A DNA stretch of 64,000 nucleotides, taken from positions 5,668-69,667 of the forward strand of contig DAOTGJ010000006.1 in NCBI GenBank assembly GCA_035447065.1, read 5' to 3'. Source of the DNA: Candidatus Krumholzibacteriia bacterium (GTDB lineage Bacteria; Krumholzibacteriota; Krumholzibacteriia; LZORAL124-64-63). Positions 21,051 through 33,141 of the stretch are shown here, piece by piece (position 1 is the first letter of the stretch; each line of letters opens with the position of its first letter). The notes under the pieces were generated by a model. That model searched no databases and was not told the origin of the DNA. It saw nothing but the letters and a program-made list of their open reading frames with translations. The position numbers and the translations under genes are program-made.

Positions 21051-21563
21051 GTGGAATCGGCCCTGTTCTATGTCTTCGGAGCGCTGATGCTGGCGGGCGC
21101 GGTGCTGACCGTGACCAGCCGCAGCGCGGTCAACGCCGCGGTGTGGCTGGTGTTCAGCTTCGTGTGCGCGTCGGGCATCTTCGCCCTGCTCTCCGCGCCG
21201 TTCCTGGCGATCCTGCAGATCCTGATCTACGCGGGCGCCATCATGGTGCTGTTCCTCTTCGTGATCATGATGCTGCAGGGGCCGGAGCTGAAGGACGAGC
21301 GCGCGCGGCGGTCGCCCCTGACGCTGGCGGTGCAGGTGCTGCCCGCGGGCGCCCTGGCCGTCACCCTGCTGGCCTGGCTGGCGCGGGGCGGCGGCGCGGG
21401 CTTCGGCGGCGCGGCGGCGGTCACGGGCACGGCGGAGGCGGTGGCCTCGCTGCTGCTGAACCGCTACCTGCTGGCCTTCGAGGTGATCTCGCTGGTGCTG
21501 CTGGTGGCGATCATCGGCGCCCTGTCCCTGGGCCGCAAGGAGGAGGACAAGCCGTGGCGGTAG
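21051..21563 (+). CDS. nuoJ: NADH-quinone oxidoreductase subunit J
   Basis: It starts at GTG with a GGGAGG RBS and has the motif 'LQILIYAGAIMVLFLFVIMML'. Confidence 0.85.
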   Translation: MESALFYVFGALMLAGAVLTVTSRSAVNAAVWLVFSFVCASGIFALLSAPFLAILQILIYAGAIMVLFLFVIMMLQGPELKDERARRSPLTLAVQVLPAGALAVTLLAWLARGGGAGFGGAAAVTGTAEAVASLLLNRYLLAFEVISLVLLVAIIGALSLGRKEEDKPWR

Positions 21564-21859
21564 GACTGACCCATTACCTGGTGCTGGCCGGCGCCCTGTT
21601 CCTGACCGGGACGGCGGGCGTCCTCCTGCGCCGCAACACCCTGATCATGTTCATGAGCATCGAGATCATGCTCTCGGCCGTGAACATCGTCTTCGCCGCG
21701 TACAGCCGCGCCCTGGGCGACCTGTCCGGCCACGTGTTCGTGCTGATGAACTTCGCCGTGGCCGCCGCGGAGGCGGCCATCGGGCTGGCGATCCTGGTGG
21801 AGATCTATCGGCTGCGCCGCTCGGTGGACGTCGATGGTCTCAAGACCCTGATGGAGTGA
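21554..21859 (+). CDS. nuoK: NADH-quinone oxidoreductase subunit K
   Basis: It starts at GTG overlapping the nuoJ stop. The 101-aa product begins 'THYLVLAGALFLTG' and contains 'MFMSIEIMLSAVNI'. Confidence 0.9.
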   Translation: MAVGLTHYLVLAGALFLTGTAGVLLRRNTLIMFMSIEIMLSAVNIVFAAYSRALGDLSGHVFVLMNFAVAAAEAAIGLAILVEIYRLRRSVDVDGLKTLME

Positions 21860-21863
21860 TGCC

Positions 21864-23906
<2,043 letters not shown>

Positions 23907-23916
23907 GGGAGGGACC

Positions 23917-25491
23917 GTGACCTACGTGACCGATCACATCCTGTCCTGGGTGACCTTCGTGCCGCTGGCCGGCGCGCTGCTGGTCTGGCTGCTGGGCCGG
24001 CGCGACGCCTGGGCCCGGGTCATGGCCCTGGGCGTGGCGCTCGTGGACTTCGTGCTGAGCCTGCACCTGGTCTGGCACTTCCAGACCGGCGTGGCCGCGG
24101 ACCAGTTCGTGGAGAAGGCGGCCTGGCTGGGCGACGGCAAGATCAACTACGCCCTCGGGCTGGACGGCGTGTCCCTGTGGCTGGTGCTGCTCACCACGTT
24201 CCTGGGGCCGCTGGTCATCCTCAGCACCTGGAAGGCCATCACGTCGCGGGTGCGGGAGGCCATGGGCTTCCTGCTGTTCCTGCAGGCGGCCATGATCGGC
24301 ACCTTCCTCGCGCGGGACATGCTGCTGTTCTACATCTTCTGGGAAGCCATGCTGATCCCCATGTACTTCATCATCGGCATCTGGGGCGGCGACCGCCGCA
24401 TCTACGCCTCGGTGAAGTTCTTCATCTACACCATGGTGGGATCGGTCTTCATGCTGGTGGCCATCCTGTACTGCTACCGCCTGGCCGGCAGCATGGCCCT
24501 GGAGGATTTTCTGGCCCTGAGCCTGAGCCACGGCGAGCAGGCCTGGCTGTTCGTGGCCTTCGCGCTGGCCTTCGCCATCAAGGTGCCCCTGTTCCCGTTC
24601 CACACCTGGCTTCCCGACGCCCACGTGGAGGCGCCCACGGCCGGCTCGGTGATCCTGGCGGGCATCCTGCTGAAGATGGGCACCTACGGCCTGCTGCGCT
24701 TCGCCATCCCGCTGTTCCCGCACGCGGCGCTGACGCTGGGGCCGTGGCTGGCCTGGCTGGCGGTCATCGGCATCATCTACGGGGCCCTGGTGGCCCTGGT
24801 GCAGAAGGACGTGAAGAAGCTGGTGGCGTACTCCTCGGTGAGCCACCTGGGCTTCGTGGTGCTGGGCCTGTTCAGCCTCACCGCCACCGGCGTGGCGGGC
24901 GGCGTGTACCAGATGCTGGCCCACGGCCTGAGCACCGGCGCGCTCTTCCTCCTGGTGGGCGTGATCTACGAGCGGCGGCACACGCGCCAGATCGCCGACT
25001 TCGGCGGCCTGGCCCACCAGATGCCGGCGTACGCGGCGGTCTTCATGTTCGTGACCCTGGCCAGCGTGGGCCTGCCCGGCCTCTGCGGCTTCACGGGCGA
25101 GTTCATGATCCTCTTCGGCAGCTTCGGCAGCACGCTGCTGCCCCACGCCAAGCTGCTGGTGGTGCTGGCGGCCACGGGCGTGGTGCTGGGCGCCATCTAC
25201 ATGCTCTGGATGTACCAGCGCGTGTTCCTGGGCAAGCTGGTGCACGAAGAGAACAAGGGCCTGCCGGACCTCAGCCTGCGCGAGTGGGTGGTGCTGGTGC
25301 CCATCCTGGTCTTCATCCTGGTGCTGGGCGTGAAGCCCGCGCCGCTGGTCGACCGCATGCTGCCGTCGGTCGAAGCCCTCATGCAGCCGGTGGTCGAGGA
25401 GGCCGCCCGCGTCCAGGCGGTCCACGCGGCCGCGGACGCGATCCGCACGGCGCCGCCGGCGACCGTCGCGGCCACGGAGGTGGAACGATGA
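23917..25491 (+). CDS. nuoM: NADH-quinone oxidoreductase subunit M
   Basis: It starts at GTG. The 524-aa antiporter-like subunit has 'WLPDAHVEAPTAGSVILAGILLK'. Confidence 0.95.
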   Translation: MTYVTDHILSWVTFVPLAGALLVWLLGRRDAWARVMALGVALVDFVLSLHLVWHFQTGVAADQFVEKAAWLGDGKINYALGLDGVSLWLVLLTTFLGPLVILSTWKAITSRVREAMGFLLFLQAAMIGTFLARDMLLFYIFWEAMLIPMYFIIGIWGGDRRIYASVKFFIYTMVGSVFMLVAILYCYRLAGSMALEDFLALSLSHGEQAWLFVAFALAFAIKVPLFPFHTWLPDAHVEAPTAGSVILAGILLKMGTYGLLRFAIPLFPHAALTLGPWLAWLAVIGIIYGALVALVQKDVKKLVAYSSVSHLGFVVLGLFSLTATGVAGGVYQMLAHGLSTGALFLLVGVIYERRHTRQIADFGGLAHQMPAYAAVFMFVTLASVGLPGLCGFTGEFMILFGSFGSTLLPHAKLLVVLAATGVVLGAIYMLWMYQRVFLGKLVHEENKGLPDLSLREWVVLVPILVFILVLGVKPAPLVDRMLPSVEALMQPVVEEAARVQAVHAAADAIRTAPPATVAATEVER

Positions 25492-27005
25492 CGCACGTCT
25501 CGGCGGCGCCGCTGGCGTCCCAGCTGTCCCAGCTGCTGCCCTACCTGATCCTGGCGGGCGGCGCTCTGCTGGTGATGCTGGTGGACTCCTTCGTGAAGAG
25601 CCTGCGCAAGGAGCACCTGAGCATGCTCACGCTGCTGGTGCTGCTGGGCGTGGCCGTGGCCCACGTGGCGGGCGGCGACCGCATCGGCGAGGCCGGGCTG
25701 CTCCACGGCATGCTGGCCGGCGATCAGTTCGCCTGGTACTTCAACCTGCTCTTCGTCTCCATCGCCCTGCTGACCACCACCTTCGCCAGCGGGCTCTACG
25801 ACCGCGACGGCCGCTACCGCAGCGAGTTCTACCCGCTGGTGCTGCTGTCCACCCTGGGCATGATGCTGCTCACGGCCGCCACGGACCTCATGAGCGTGTT
25901 CCTGGCCATCGAGACCATGAGCCTGGCGGTGTACGTGCTGGTGGCGGGCAACCGCGGGTCGTTGCGCAGCAGCGAGGCCGGCTTCAAGTACCTGATCCTG
26001 GGCGCCTTCTCCTCGGCCTTCCTGCTCATGGGCATGGCCCTGCTCTACGGCCAGACCGGCGGCACGAGCTACGCGGAGATCGGCCGCGCCCTGGCCCGCG
26101 CCGGCGACGTGCCCCTGCTGCTGAAGACGGCCACGGGCCTGATCCTGGTGGGCTTCGGCTTCAAGGTGGCCATGGTGCCCTTCCACATGTGGACGCCGGA
26201 CGTGTACGAGGGCGCCCCCGCCTACGTCACCGGCTTCATGGCCACGGGCGTGAAGGCCGCCGCCACCGCCGCGCTGCTGCGCTTCGCCTGGCTGGCCCTG
26301 CCGGTGCTGGCCGACGTGTGGTTCCCCCTGCTGGCCGTGCTCACGGTGCTGACCATGACCCTGGGCAACGTGGTGGCCCTGAGCCAGAACTCCATCAAGC
26401 GCATGCTGGCCTACTCCAGCATCGCCCACGCCGGCTACCTGCTGCTGGGCGTGCTGGCCCTGCTGCAGACCGCGCGCACGGGTTTCGACACGGTGATGGG
26501 CCAGAGCGTGGGCGAGGCCGCGGGCGGCGCGGTGCTCTTCTACCTGGTGGCCTACGCCCTGATGAACCTGGGGGCCTTCGGCCTGGTGACCTACCTCTCG
26601 CGCTCGCGGATGGAGGAGGCCGACACCATCGCCGGCTACGCCGGGCTCGCGCGGCGCCGACCGGTGGCCGCGGCCGCCATGGCGGTCTTCATGTTCTCGC
26701 TGGCGGGCATCCCGCCCGCGGCGGGCTTCGTGGGGAAGTTCTACATCTTCGACGCCGTGGTGAAGGCCGGCCTGATCCCCCTGGCCATCTGGGGCGTGAT
26801 CAACTCGCTGATCTCGGTCTTCTACTACCTGCGGGTGATCATGACCATGTACATGAAGCCGGCGGACGAGGAGGCCTACGAGGGCGGGAGCTGGGAGTCG
26901 GTCTTCGCCGCCGCGGTGCTGGCCGTCATGATCCTGGCCCTGGGCGTGCTGCCCGGCAGCCTGCACGGCCTCGCGGTGGGCACGTTCCGCTCGCTGGGCT
27001 TCTAG
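25488..27005 (+). CDS. nuoN: NADH-quinone oxidoreductase subunit N
   Basis: Its ATG overlaps the nuoM stop as ATGA. The product is a 505-aa antiporter-like subunit. Confidence 0.95.
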   Translation: MTHVSAAPLASQLSQLLPYLILAGGALLVMLVDSFVKSLRKEHLSMLTLLVLLGVAVAHVAGGDRIGEAGLLHGMLAGDQFAWYFNLLFVSIALLTTTFASGLYDRDGRYRSEFYPLVLLSTLGMMLLTAATDLMSVFLAIETMSLAVYVLVAGNRGSLRSSEAGFKYLILGAFSSAFLLMGMALLYGQTGGTSYAEIGRALARAGDVPLLLKTATGLILVGFGFKVAMVPFHMWTPDVYEGAPAYVTGFMATGVKAAATAALLRFAWLALPVLADVWFPLLAVLTVLTMTLGNVVALSQNSIKRMLAYSSIAHAGYLLLGVLALLQTARTGFDTVMGQSVGEAAGGAVLFYLVAYALMNLGAFGLVTYLSRSRMEEADTIAGYAGLARRRPVAAAAMAVFMFSLAGIPPAAGFVGKFYIFDAVVKAGLIPLAIWGVINSLISVFYYLRVIMTMYMKPADEEAYEGGSWESVFAAAVLAVMILALGVLPGSLHGLAVGTFRSLGF

Positions 27006-27023
27006 CCCGCACGAACTCGACGA

Positions 27024-27061
27024 AGAACGAGGGCGGCCTCCCCGAAGGCCGCCCTCGTTCT
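27024..27061. terminator. strong bidirectional terminator hairpin between nuoN and gcdH
   Basis: A perfect 15-bp stem agaacgagggcggcc/ggccgccctcgttct with an 8-nt loop is followed by ATTT. Confidence 0.6.
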
Positions 27062-27063
27062 AT

Positions 27064-28314
27064 TTAGCGGTAGGCGGGGATGCCGGTGAGATCGGCGCCC
27101 AGGATCAGCGTGTGGATGTCGTGGGTCCCCTCGTAGGTGTAGACCGACTCCAGGTTGGCCATGTGGCGGCCCACCGGATGCTCGTCGGTGATGCCGGCGG
27201 CTCCCAGCAGCGTGCGGGCCGTACGGGCCACATCCAGGGCCATGGCCACGTTGTTGCGCTTGGCCAGGGAGGTCAGCGGCACCTCGTCCACGCCCTGGTC
27301 CTTGAGGCGGCCCAGGCGGTGGACCAGGAGCTGGGCCTTGAGGATCTCCGTGTGCATGGCCACCAGCTTCTCCTGCACCAGCTGGAAGCCGGCCAGGGGG
27401 CGGTCGAACTGCTCGCGGCCCTGCACGTAGGCCAGGGCGCAGTCGAAGCAGTCCTGGGCCGCGCCCACGGCGCCCCAGGCGATGCCGTAGCGGGCCTGGT
27501 TGAGGCAGGAGAGGGGCGCCACCAGGCCCTGGGCGTGGGGCAGGCGCGCGGCATCGGGCAGGCGCACGCCGTCCAGGACCAGCTCGCCGGTGTCGCTGGC
27601 GCGCAGGCTCCACTTGCCGCGGATGGACTGGGCCGAGAAGCCCGGCGTGCCCTTCTCCACCAGGAAGCCCAGCACGCGCTCGGGGCCGCGGGCCCAGACC
27701 ACGGCAACGTCGGCCTGGGTGGCGTTGGTGATCCACATCTTGTTGCCCTGGAGGATCCAGCCCTCGCCGTCGCGCACGGCGGTGGTCTCCATGCCGCCGG
27801 GGTCGCTGCCGTGGGCGGGCTCGGTCAGGCCGAAGCAGCCGATGGCGCGGCCCGCCGCCAGCTCCGGCAGCCAGCGCCGCTTCTGCTCCTCGCTGCCGTA
27901 GGTGGCGATGGGCCACATGACCAGGCTGCCCTGCACCGAGGCGAAGCTGCGCAGGCCGCTGTCGCCCCGTTCCAGCTCCTGGCAGATCAGACCGTAGACG
28001 GTGGGCGAGAGGCCGGCGCAGCCCGGGCCCTTGACCGAGGGGCCCAGCAGCCCCAGGGAGCCCATCTCCAGGCCCAGCTCGCGGGGCAGCACTCCGTCGC
28101 GCACGTAGTCGCGGATGTTGGGCAGGAAGGCGCGGTCCACGAAGGTCCGCACGGAATCGCGGACGGCGCGCTCCTCGTCGCTGAGGGTGGCGTCCAGGCG
28201 GTAGTAGTCGTCGGGCCGAGAGACGGGCACGGCGTCCTCCAGGGGTGATGACAGGGGGGGCGTTCCTTGACCGGTATCCGCGCCCATGATTATCATGACG
28301 CCCTCGAGCGTCAA
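27064..28314 (-). CDS. gcdH: glutaryl-CoA dehydrogenase
   Basis: It has 'GCFGLTEPAHGSDPGGMETTA', 'KMWITNATQADVAVVWAR', 'RLKDQ', 'LAKRNN' and 'YEGTHDIHTLILG', which closely match the GCDH family. The start is ambiguous among several N-terminal Met codons. Confidence 0.9.
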   Translation of the reverse strand: MTLEGVMIIMGADTGQGTPPLSSPLEDAVPVSRPDDYYRLDATLSDEERAVRDSVRTFVDRAFLPNIRDYVRDGVLPRELGLEMGSLGLLGPSVKGPGCAGLSPTVYGLICQELERGDSGLRSFASVQGSLVMWPIATYGSEEQKRRWLPELAAGRAIGCFGLTEPAHGSDPGGMETTAVRDGEGWILQGNKMWITNATQADVAVVWARGPERVLGFLVEKGTPGFSAQSIRGKWSLRASDTGELVLDGVRLPDAARLPHAQGLVAPLSCLNQARYGIAWGAVGAAQDCFDCALAYVQGREQFDRPLAGFQLVQEKLVAMHTEILKAQLLVHRLGRLKDQGVDEVPLTSLAKRNNVAMALDVARTARTLLGAAGITDEHPVGRHMANLESVYTYEGTHDIHTLILGADLTGIPAYR

Positions 28315-28331
28315 CCCCGAGGAGCAGGTGC

Positions 28332-30263
28332 ATGCGGTGGGTCCGGAGCTGGTTGGGAGCGGTGCTGTGGGCCTTCGGCGCCGCCGGAACGGTGGGCCTG
28401 CTGGAGGCCCTGTCCCAGTGGGCGCGCTTCGGTCCGCCCGACGCCTGGCCCGACGGAGGCGTGTCCACCACCCTGCTGCCCGCCATGGCCCTCTATGGCT
28501 GGACGGGCCTGCTGGTGGCCGGCCTGGCCTTCCTGCTGGTGGCGCCCGCCGTCCGCTTCTTCGTGCGGCCGCGGCTGCTGGCCTTCTCCCTGGCGGTGGG
28601 GGCGGCGCTGGCGTTCATCGGGACCATCTATTTCGGCTATCTGATCCAGGACTCGGCCTTCGATCGCTGGTGGACCGCCCACCTGGGGCCCCTGCTGCTG
28701 ACCAAGGCGGCGGTGGGCCTGCTGTTGTGGTGGCCCTGCGCCTGGCTGGTGCGGCGGCTGGCCCTGGCCTTCGGCCCGCGGCCCGGACAGTGGGTCTTCG
28801 TGCCCGTGGTGCTGCTGGTGGTGACGTCGGCCCAGTGGCCGAGCTGGCGTGAGCAGCGCATGGCCGCGCCCATCTCCACCCTCACGCGGCTGACCGAGGA
28901 CGTGCCGCCGGCCGGCAGCCCCAACGTGCTGATCCTCTCCATCGATGCCCTGCGCGCGGACCACGTGGGCTGCCTGGATCCGTCCGCGCCGCCCACCCCG
29001 CACCTGGACGCCCTGGCCGCCGCAGGCCGGCGCTATCCCGAGGCCTGGGGCGTGGCCAGCTGGACCCTGCCCAACGTGGGCACCTTTCTCACGGGCCAGC
29101 CCCCGCGCGTGCTGGACGTGGATCGGGGCCGCGGCCTGCCCGAGTCGGTTCCCACCCTGGCCGAGGTGGCCTGGCGCCACGGCTGGCGCACCGGCGCCGT
29201 GGTGACCAATCCGTTCCTGGGCGCCGAGTTCGGCTTCCGGCGCGGCTTCCAGTTCTTCGACCACGCCATCGTGCTGGAGTCCCTCTCGCCCGCGGACCGC
29301 TCCGTGCTGGCGCGGGAGGCCACGCGCTACTGGGTGAGCAACACGGAGCCGGAGGATGCCGGCGCGGTCATGCCCAAGGCCCTGGCCTGGCTGGACGCCG
29401 ATCCGCGCGACCGCCCGTTCTTCCTCTGGATCCACATCATCGAGCCCCATCTGCCGTACCGCTGGCACGCGTTTCCGGACGATGCGCCCGGCGCGGGGCC
29501 GCCGGTGCATCCCCTGGTGATCGACGGCCGCTTCGAGGCCCTGCAGGAGGCGCGCGACCTGGGCGCCGACGTGCCGCCGGACCTGGCCGCGGCCATCCGC
29601 GAGCTCTACCGACGCGAGGTGCGCCAGGCCGACCTGATGACGGGCGCCCTGCTGGACGGGCTGCGCGAGCGCGGCCTGCTGGACGACACCCTGGTGGTGG
29701 TGCTGGCGGACCACGGGGAGGAGCTCTTCGACCACGGGGGCTTCGAGCACGGCCACAGCCTCCTGCCCGAGGTCACCCGCGTGCCGTTGATCGTCAAGCT
29801 GCCCGGCGGCCGCGACGCCGGCGTGCTGGCGGCGGAACCGGCGAGCATCCTGGACCTGGTGCCCAGCATCTGCAGCGAGGCGGGCTGGACGCCGCCGGAG
29901 GGATTGCCCGGCCGCCCCGCCCTCTGGCCCGCGCCCGGCGGCGCCGCGGCTCCGCGGTCCACGCCGCTGGTCCTGGAGAACATGCTCTACGGTCCGGAGC
30001 AGCAGGCCTGGTGGGCCTGGCCGTGGTTGAAGGTGGAGGCCCCCGAGGCCCGTCGCGTGGACTGGTACGACCTGGCCGCCGACCGCCTGGCCCTGGCGCC
30101 CCTGGCCGCGCCGCCGCCGGCCGCGGACAGCCTCAAGGAGAGCCTGCGCGACCTGCTCGACGGCTGGGACGCCGCCGCCGAGGCGGTCAACGCCCACCGC
30201 GGCGACGCGGGCGCCGCCATCAGCGATCAGACGCGGCGGCAGCTGGAGAGCCTGGGCTACTGA
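28332..30263 (+). CDS. sulfatase-family membrane protein (phosphoethanolamine/phosphoglycerol transferase-like)
   Basis: There are about 5 N-terminal TM helices followed by an alkaline-phosphatase-superfamily domain ('NVLILSIDALRADHVGC', 'VLADHGEELFDHGGFEHGHS'). Confidence 0.75.
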   Translation: MRWVRSWLGAVLWAFGAAGTVGLLEALSQWARFGPPDAWPDGGVSTTLLPAMALYGWTGLLVAGLAFLLVAPAVRFFVRPRLLAFSLAVGAALAFIGTIYFGYLIQDSAFDRWWTAHLGPLLLTKAAVGLLLWWPCAWLVRRLALAFGPRPGQWVFVPVVLLVVTSAQWPSWREQRMAAPISTLTRLTEDVPPAGSPNVLILSIDALRADHVGCLDPSAPPTPHLDALAAAGRRYPEAWGVASWTLPNVGTFLTGQPPRVLDVDRGRGLPESVPTLAEVAWRHGWRTGAVVTNPFLGAEFGFRRGFQFFDHAIVLESLSPADRSVLAREATRYWVSNTEPEDAGAVMPKALAWLDADPRDRPFFLWIHIIEPHLPYRWHAFPDDAPGAGPPVHPLVIDGRFEALQEARDLGADVPPDLAAAIRELYRREVRQADLMTGALLDGLRERGLLDDTLVVVLADHGEELFDHGGFEHGHSLLPEVTRVPLIVKLPGGRDAGVLAAEPASILDLVPSICSEAGWTPPEGLPGRPALWPAPGGAAAPRSTPLVLENMLYGPEQQAWWAWPWLKVEAPEARRVDWYDLAADRLALAPLAAPPPAADSLKESLRDLLDGWDAAAEAVNAHRGDAGAAISDQTRRQLESLGY

Positions 30264-30336
30264 GGGGGGAAGACGCGGACGACCGCCGCCCTGGGGGCCG
30301 GCGGTCGCCTGTTCCGGAGGGGCCGGTGCCGCGCGG

Positions 30337-30558
30337 TCAGAGCTGCTCGACGGCCTTCACCTCGGGGATGGCGTCGCGCAGGCGCGCCTCGATGCCGTGC
30401 TTCAACGTCATCATGGACATGGGGCAGCTGCCGCAGGCTCCCTTGAGCCGCACCGTGACGATGCCCTCGTGGTAGTCGATGTACTCCACGTCGCCGCCGT
30501 CGGCCTGCAGGGCCGGACGCACGCTCTCGAGCACTTCCTTGATCCGCTCTTCCATCAT
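30337..30558 (-). CDS. NifU-like (Nfu-type) Fe-S cluster assembly domain protein
   Basis: The 73-aa product has 'VRLKGACGSCPMS'. Confidence 0.8.
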   Translation of the reverse strand: MMEERIKEVLESVRPALQADGGDVEYIDYHEGIVTVRLKGACGSCPMSMMTLKHGIEARLRDAIPEVKAVEQL

Positions 30559-30719
30559 GCAACCTCTCGCGGGTTCGCGGGCCTGGATCGATGTTCTCCG
30601 GTCACTCTAACCCAACCTCCGGCGGTGTCAACCAGCCCGTGGTTGTCGGGCGCGCCCGCAGCTCCTATGATGCGCGGCAGCCGTGCCGAGTCCCCGCCGC
30701 CGCGAGTCCGAGGAGCGCC

Positions 30720-31556
30720 ATGCCCAGCCCAGTCCCGTCCCATGAACTCGTGGAGCAGCTCGCCGCCGTGCGCGAGGTGGCCCTGGGCGCCGGCCGTCTG
30801 CAGACCGAGGGCCGCCAAGCCATGGGCGCCATCGACTACAAGGGCGCCACGGACATGGTCACGGACGTGGACCGCCGCGTGGAGGCCTACCTCCTGCGCG
30901 AGCTGACCCGCCTGTTTCCGGACGACGGCGTGCGCGGCGAGGAGGGGACCGCCCAGCCCGGCCGCAGCGGCCGCACCTGGATCGTGGACCCCTTGGACGG
31001 CACCACCAACTACGTGCACGGCCACCCCTTCCACTGCGTGTCCATCGCCTGCGCCGACGTCGACGGCCCGCTGCTGGGCGCCGTGCACGCCCCGGCCCTG
31101 GACGAGATGTTCCTGGCGGTGCGCGACGGCGGCGCCCGCCTGGAGCGCCCGCGCGACGGCGAAGCGCGGGATCTCCGTCTGGGCGACGGCCCGCCCCTGC
31201 AGCGCGCCCTGCTCGCCACCGGCTTCTCCTACCTCCGCGACGACGTCTGCGCCCTCAACTGCGACGCCATGAAGGCCTTCCTGCTGGCCGGCTGCCACGG
31301 CGTGCGCCGCGCGGGCAGCGCCGCCCTGGACCTCTGCCACGTGGGGCTGGGTCGTCTGGACGGCTACTGGGAGCTGCGCCTCAACCCCTGGGACTGCGCC
31401 GCCGGCGGCCTGGTGGCCCGCGAGGCCGGCGCCCTGGTCACGGACCTTCACGGCGGCGACGACTGGTTGGAATGGGGCTGGCTCCTGGCCGCCGCCCCCG
31501 CCCTCCACGCGCCCATGCTCCAGGTGATCCGGGAGGTGCTCGGCGATGCCCTCTGA
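30720..31556 (+). CDS. suhB: inositol monophosphatase family protein
   Basis: It has 'WIVDPLDGTTNYVHG' and 'WDCAAG'. A GAGGAG RBS precedes the start. The track ORF has an N-terminal extension that I reject. Confidence 0.85.
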   Translation: MPSPVPSHELVEQLAAVREVALGAGRLQTEGRQAMGAIDYKGATDMVTDVDRRVEAYLLRELTRLFPDDGVRGEEGTAQPGRSGRTWIVDPLDGTTNYVHGHPFHCVSIACADVDGPLLGAVHAPALDEMFLAVRDGGARLERPRDGEARDLRLGDGPPLQRALLATGFSYLRDDVCALNCDAMKAFLLAGCHGVRRAGSAALDLCHVGLGRLDGYWELRLNPWDCAAGGLVAREAGALVTDLHGGDDWLEWGWLLAAAPALHAPMLQVIREVLGDAL

Positions 31557-33141
31557 TCCCGGGACCACCGCCGGCTGGCTGTCCGTCCTGCCGCCGCTGA
31601 TCGCCATCGGCCTGGCCCTGGCCACGCGGCAGGTCATCCTCTCGCTGCTGCTGGGCGTGTGGGTGGGCCTGACCATCCTGGCCGGCGGCAACCCGCTGAC
31701 GGCGTTCCTGACCCTGGCCGACACCACCCTGGTGGACGCCGTGGCGGACCGCTCCCACGCGGCCATCCTGCTCTTCTCCCTCTGCCTGGGCGGCATGGTG
31801 GGCGTGCTGGCCCGCTGCGGCGCCGCCGACGGCGTGGCGCGCCTGCTGGCCTCCCGCCTGCGCGACCGCCGCGGCGCCCAGACCGCCACCGCCGGCCTGG
31901 GCCTGGCCATCTTCTTCGACGATTACGCCAACACCCTGCTGGTGGGCAACACCATGCGGCCGCTCACGGACCGCCTGCGCGTGTCGCGCGAGAAGCTGGC
32001 CTGGCTGGTGGACAGCACCGCGGCGCCGGTGGCCACCCTGGCGGTCATCTCCACCTGGATCGGCTTCGAGGTGGGCCTCATCCAGGACGCCCTGACGCGC
32101 CTGGGCCAGGAGGGCTCCGGCTACCTGTTCTTCCTGCGCGCGCTGCCCTACAACTTCTACCCGGCGCTGACGCTGGTCTTCGTGTTCCTGATCACCGGCA
32201 CGGGCCGCGACTTCGGCCCCATGGCGCGGGCCGAGAAGCGGGCCTGGTCCACCGGGCAGCTCGTGGAGCCCGGCGCCCAGCCGGCCAGCGCCGCGGAGCA
32301 GCTCATGGACGCCGACACGCCGCCCGCCTCGCCCTGGCTCGCGGCCGTGCCCATCCTGGCGGTCATCCTGGTCACGGTGGGCGGGCTGTGGTGGAACGGC
32401 CGCGCCGCCCTGCTGGCCGACGGCGCCGCGGGCTTCGGCCTGCGCGAGATCTTCAACGCGGCCGACAGCCTGGCCGTGCTCATGTGGGCGTCGGTGGGCG
32501 GCTCGCTGCTGGCGGGCGCGCTGGCCGCCGCCGCCACGCCGCTGAGCGTGACGGACACGGCCGCGGCCTGGGTGGACGGCGTGCGGGCCATGGCCATCGC
32601 CATGGTCATCCTGGTGCTGGCCTGGTCCCTGGGCGGCACCTGCGAGGCCCTGGGCACGGGCCCCTGGCTGGTGGACGCGGTGCGGGACCTGCTCTCGGCG
32701 CGGCTGCTGCCGGTGATCGTGTTCCTGCTGGCGTCGCTGGTGAGCTTCGCCACCGGAACGTCCTGGGGCACCATGGCCATCCTGATCCCCATCGTGATCC
32801 CCCTGGGGCACGCGCTGCCGGAAGGGGCGGGATTGGCGCCGGAGCTGGCCGAGTCCATCCTGCTGGCGTCGGTGAGCGCCGTGCTGGCGGGAGCCGTCTT
32901 CGGCGACCACTGCTCGCCCATCTCGGACACCACCATCATGAGCAGCATGGCGGCGGGCTCGGACCACGTGGACCACGTGCGCACGCAGATGCCCTATGCG
33001 GCCGTGGTGGGCGGCGTGGCCGTGGCCGTGGGCTACGTGCCGGTGGGCTGGGGGATGAACCCGTGGCTGGCCCTGCTGCTGGGCGCGGCGGTCCTGGCCG
33101 CGGTGGTCCGCCTGCTGGGTCGGCCCGTGGAGGCGCCGTGA
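31546..33141 (+). CDS. nhaC: Na+/H+ antiporter NhaC family
   Basis: The 531-aa polytopic membrane protein has 'IFFDDYANTLLVGNTMRP' and 'GDHCSPISDTTIMSS'. Confidence 0.85.
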   Translation: MPSDPGTTAGWLSVLPPLIAIGLALATRQVILSLLLGVWVGLTILAGGNPLTAFLTLADTTLVDAVADRSHAAILLFSLCLGGMVGVLARCGAADGVARLLASRLRDRRGAQTATAGLGLAIFFDDYANTLLVGNTMRPLTDRLRVSREKLAWLVDSTAAPVATLAVISTWIGFEVGLIQDALTRLGQEGSGYLFFLRALPYNFYPALTLVFVFLITGTGRDFGPMARAEKRAWSTGQLVEPGAQPASAAEQLMDADTPPASPWLAAVPILAVILVTVGGLWWNGRAALLADGAAGFGLREIFNAADSLAVLMWASVGGSLLAGALAAAATPLSVTDTAAAWVDGVRAMAIAMVILVLAWSLGGTCEALGTGPWLVDAVRDLLSARLLPVIVFLLASLVSFATGTSWGTMAILIPIVIPLGHALPEGAGLAPELAESILLASVSAVLAGAVFGDHCSPISDTTIMSSMAAGSDHVDHVRTQMPYAAVVGGVAVAVGYVPVGWGMNPWLALLLGAAVLAAVVRLLGRPVEAP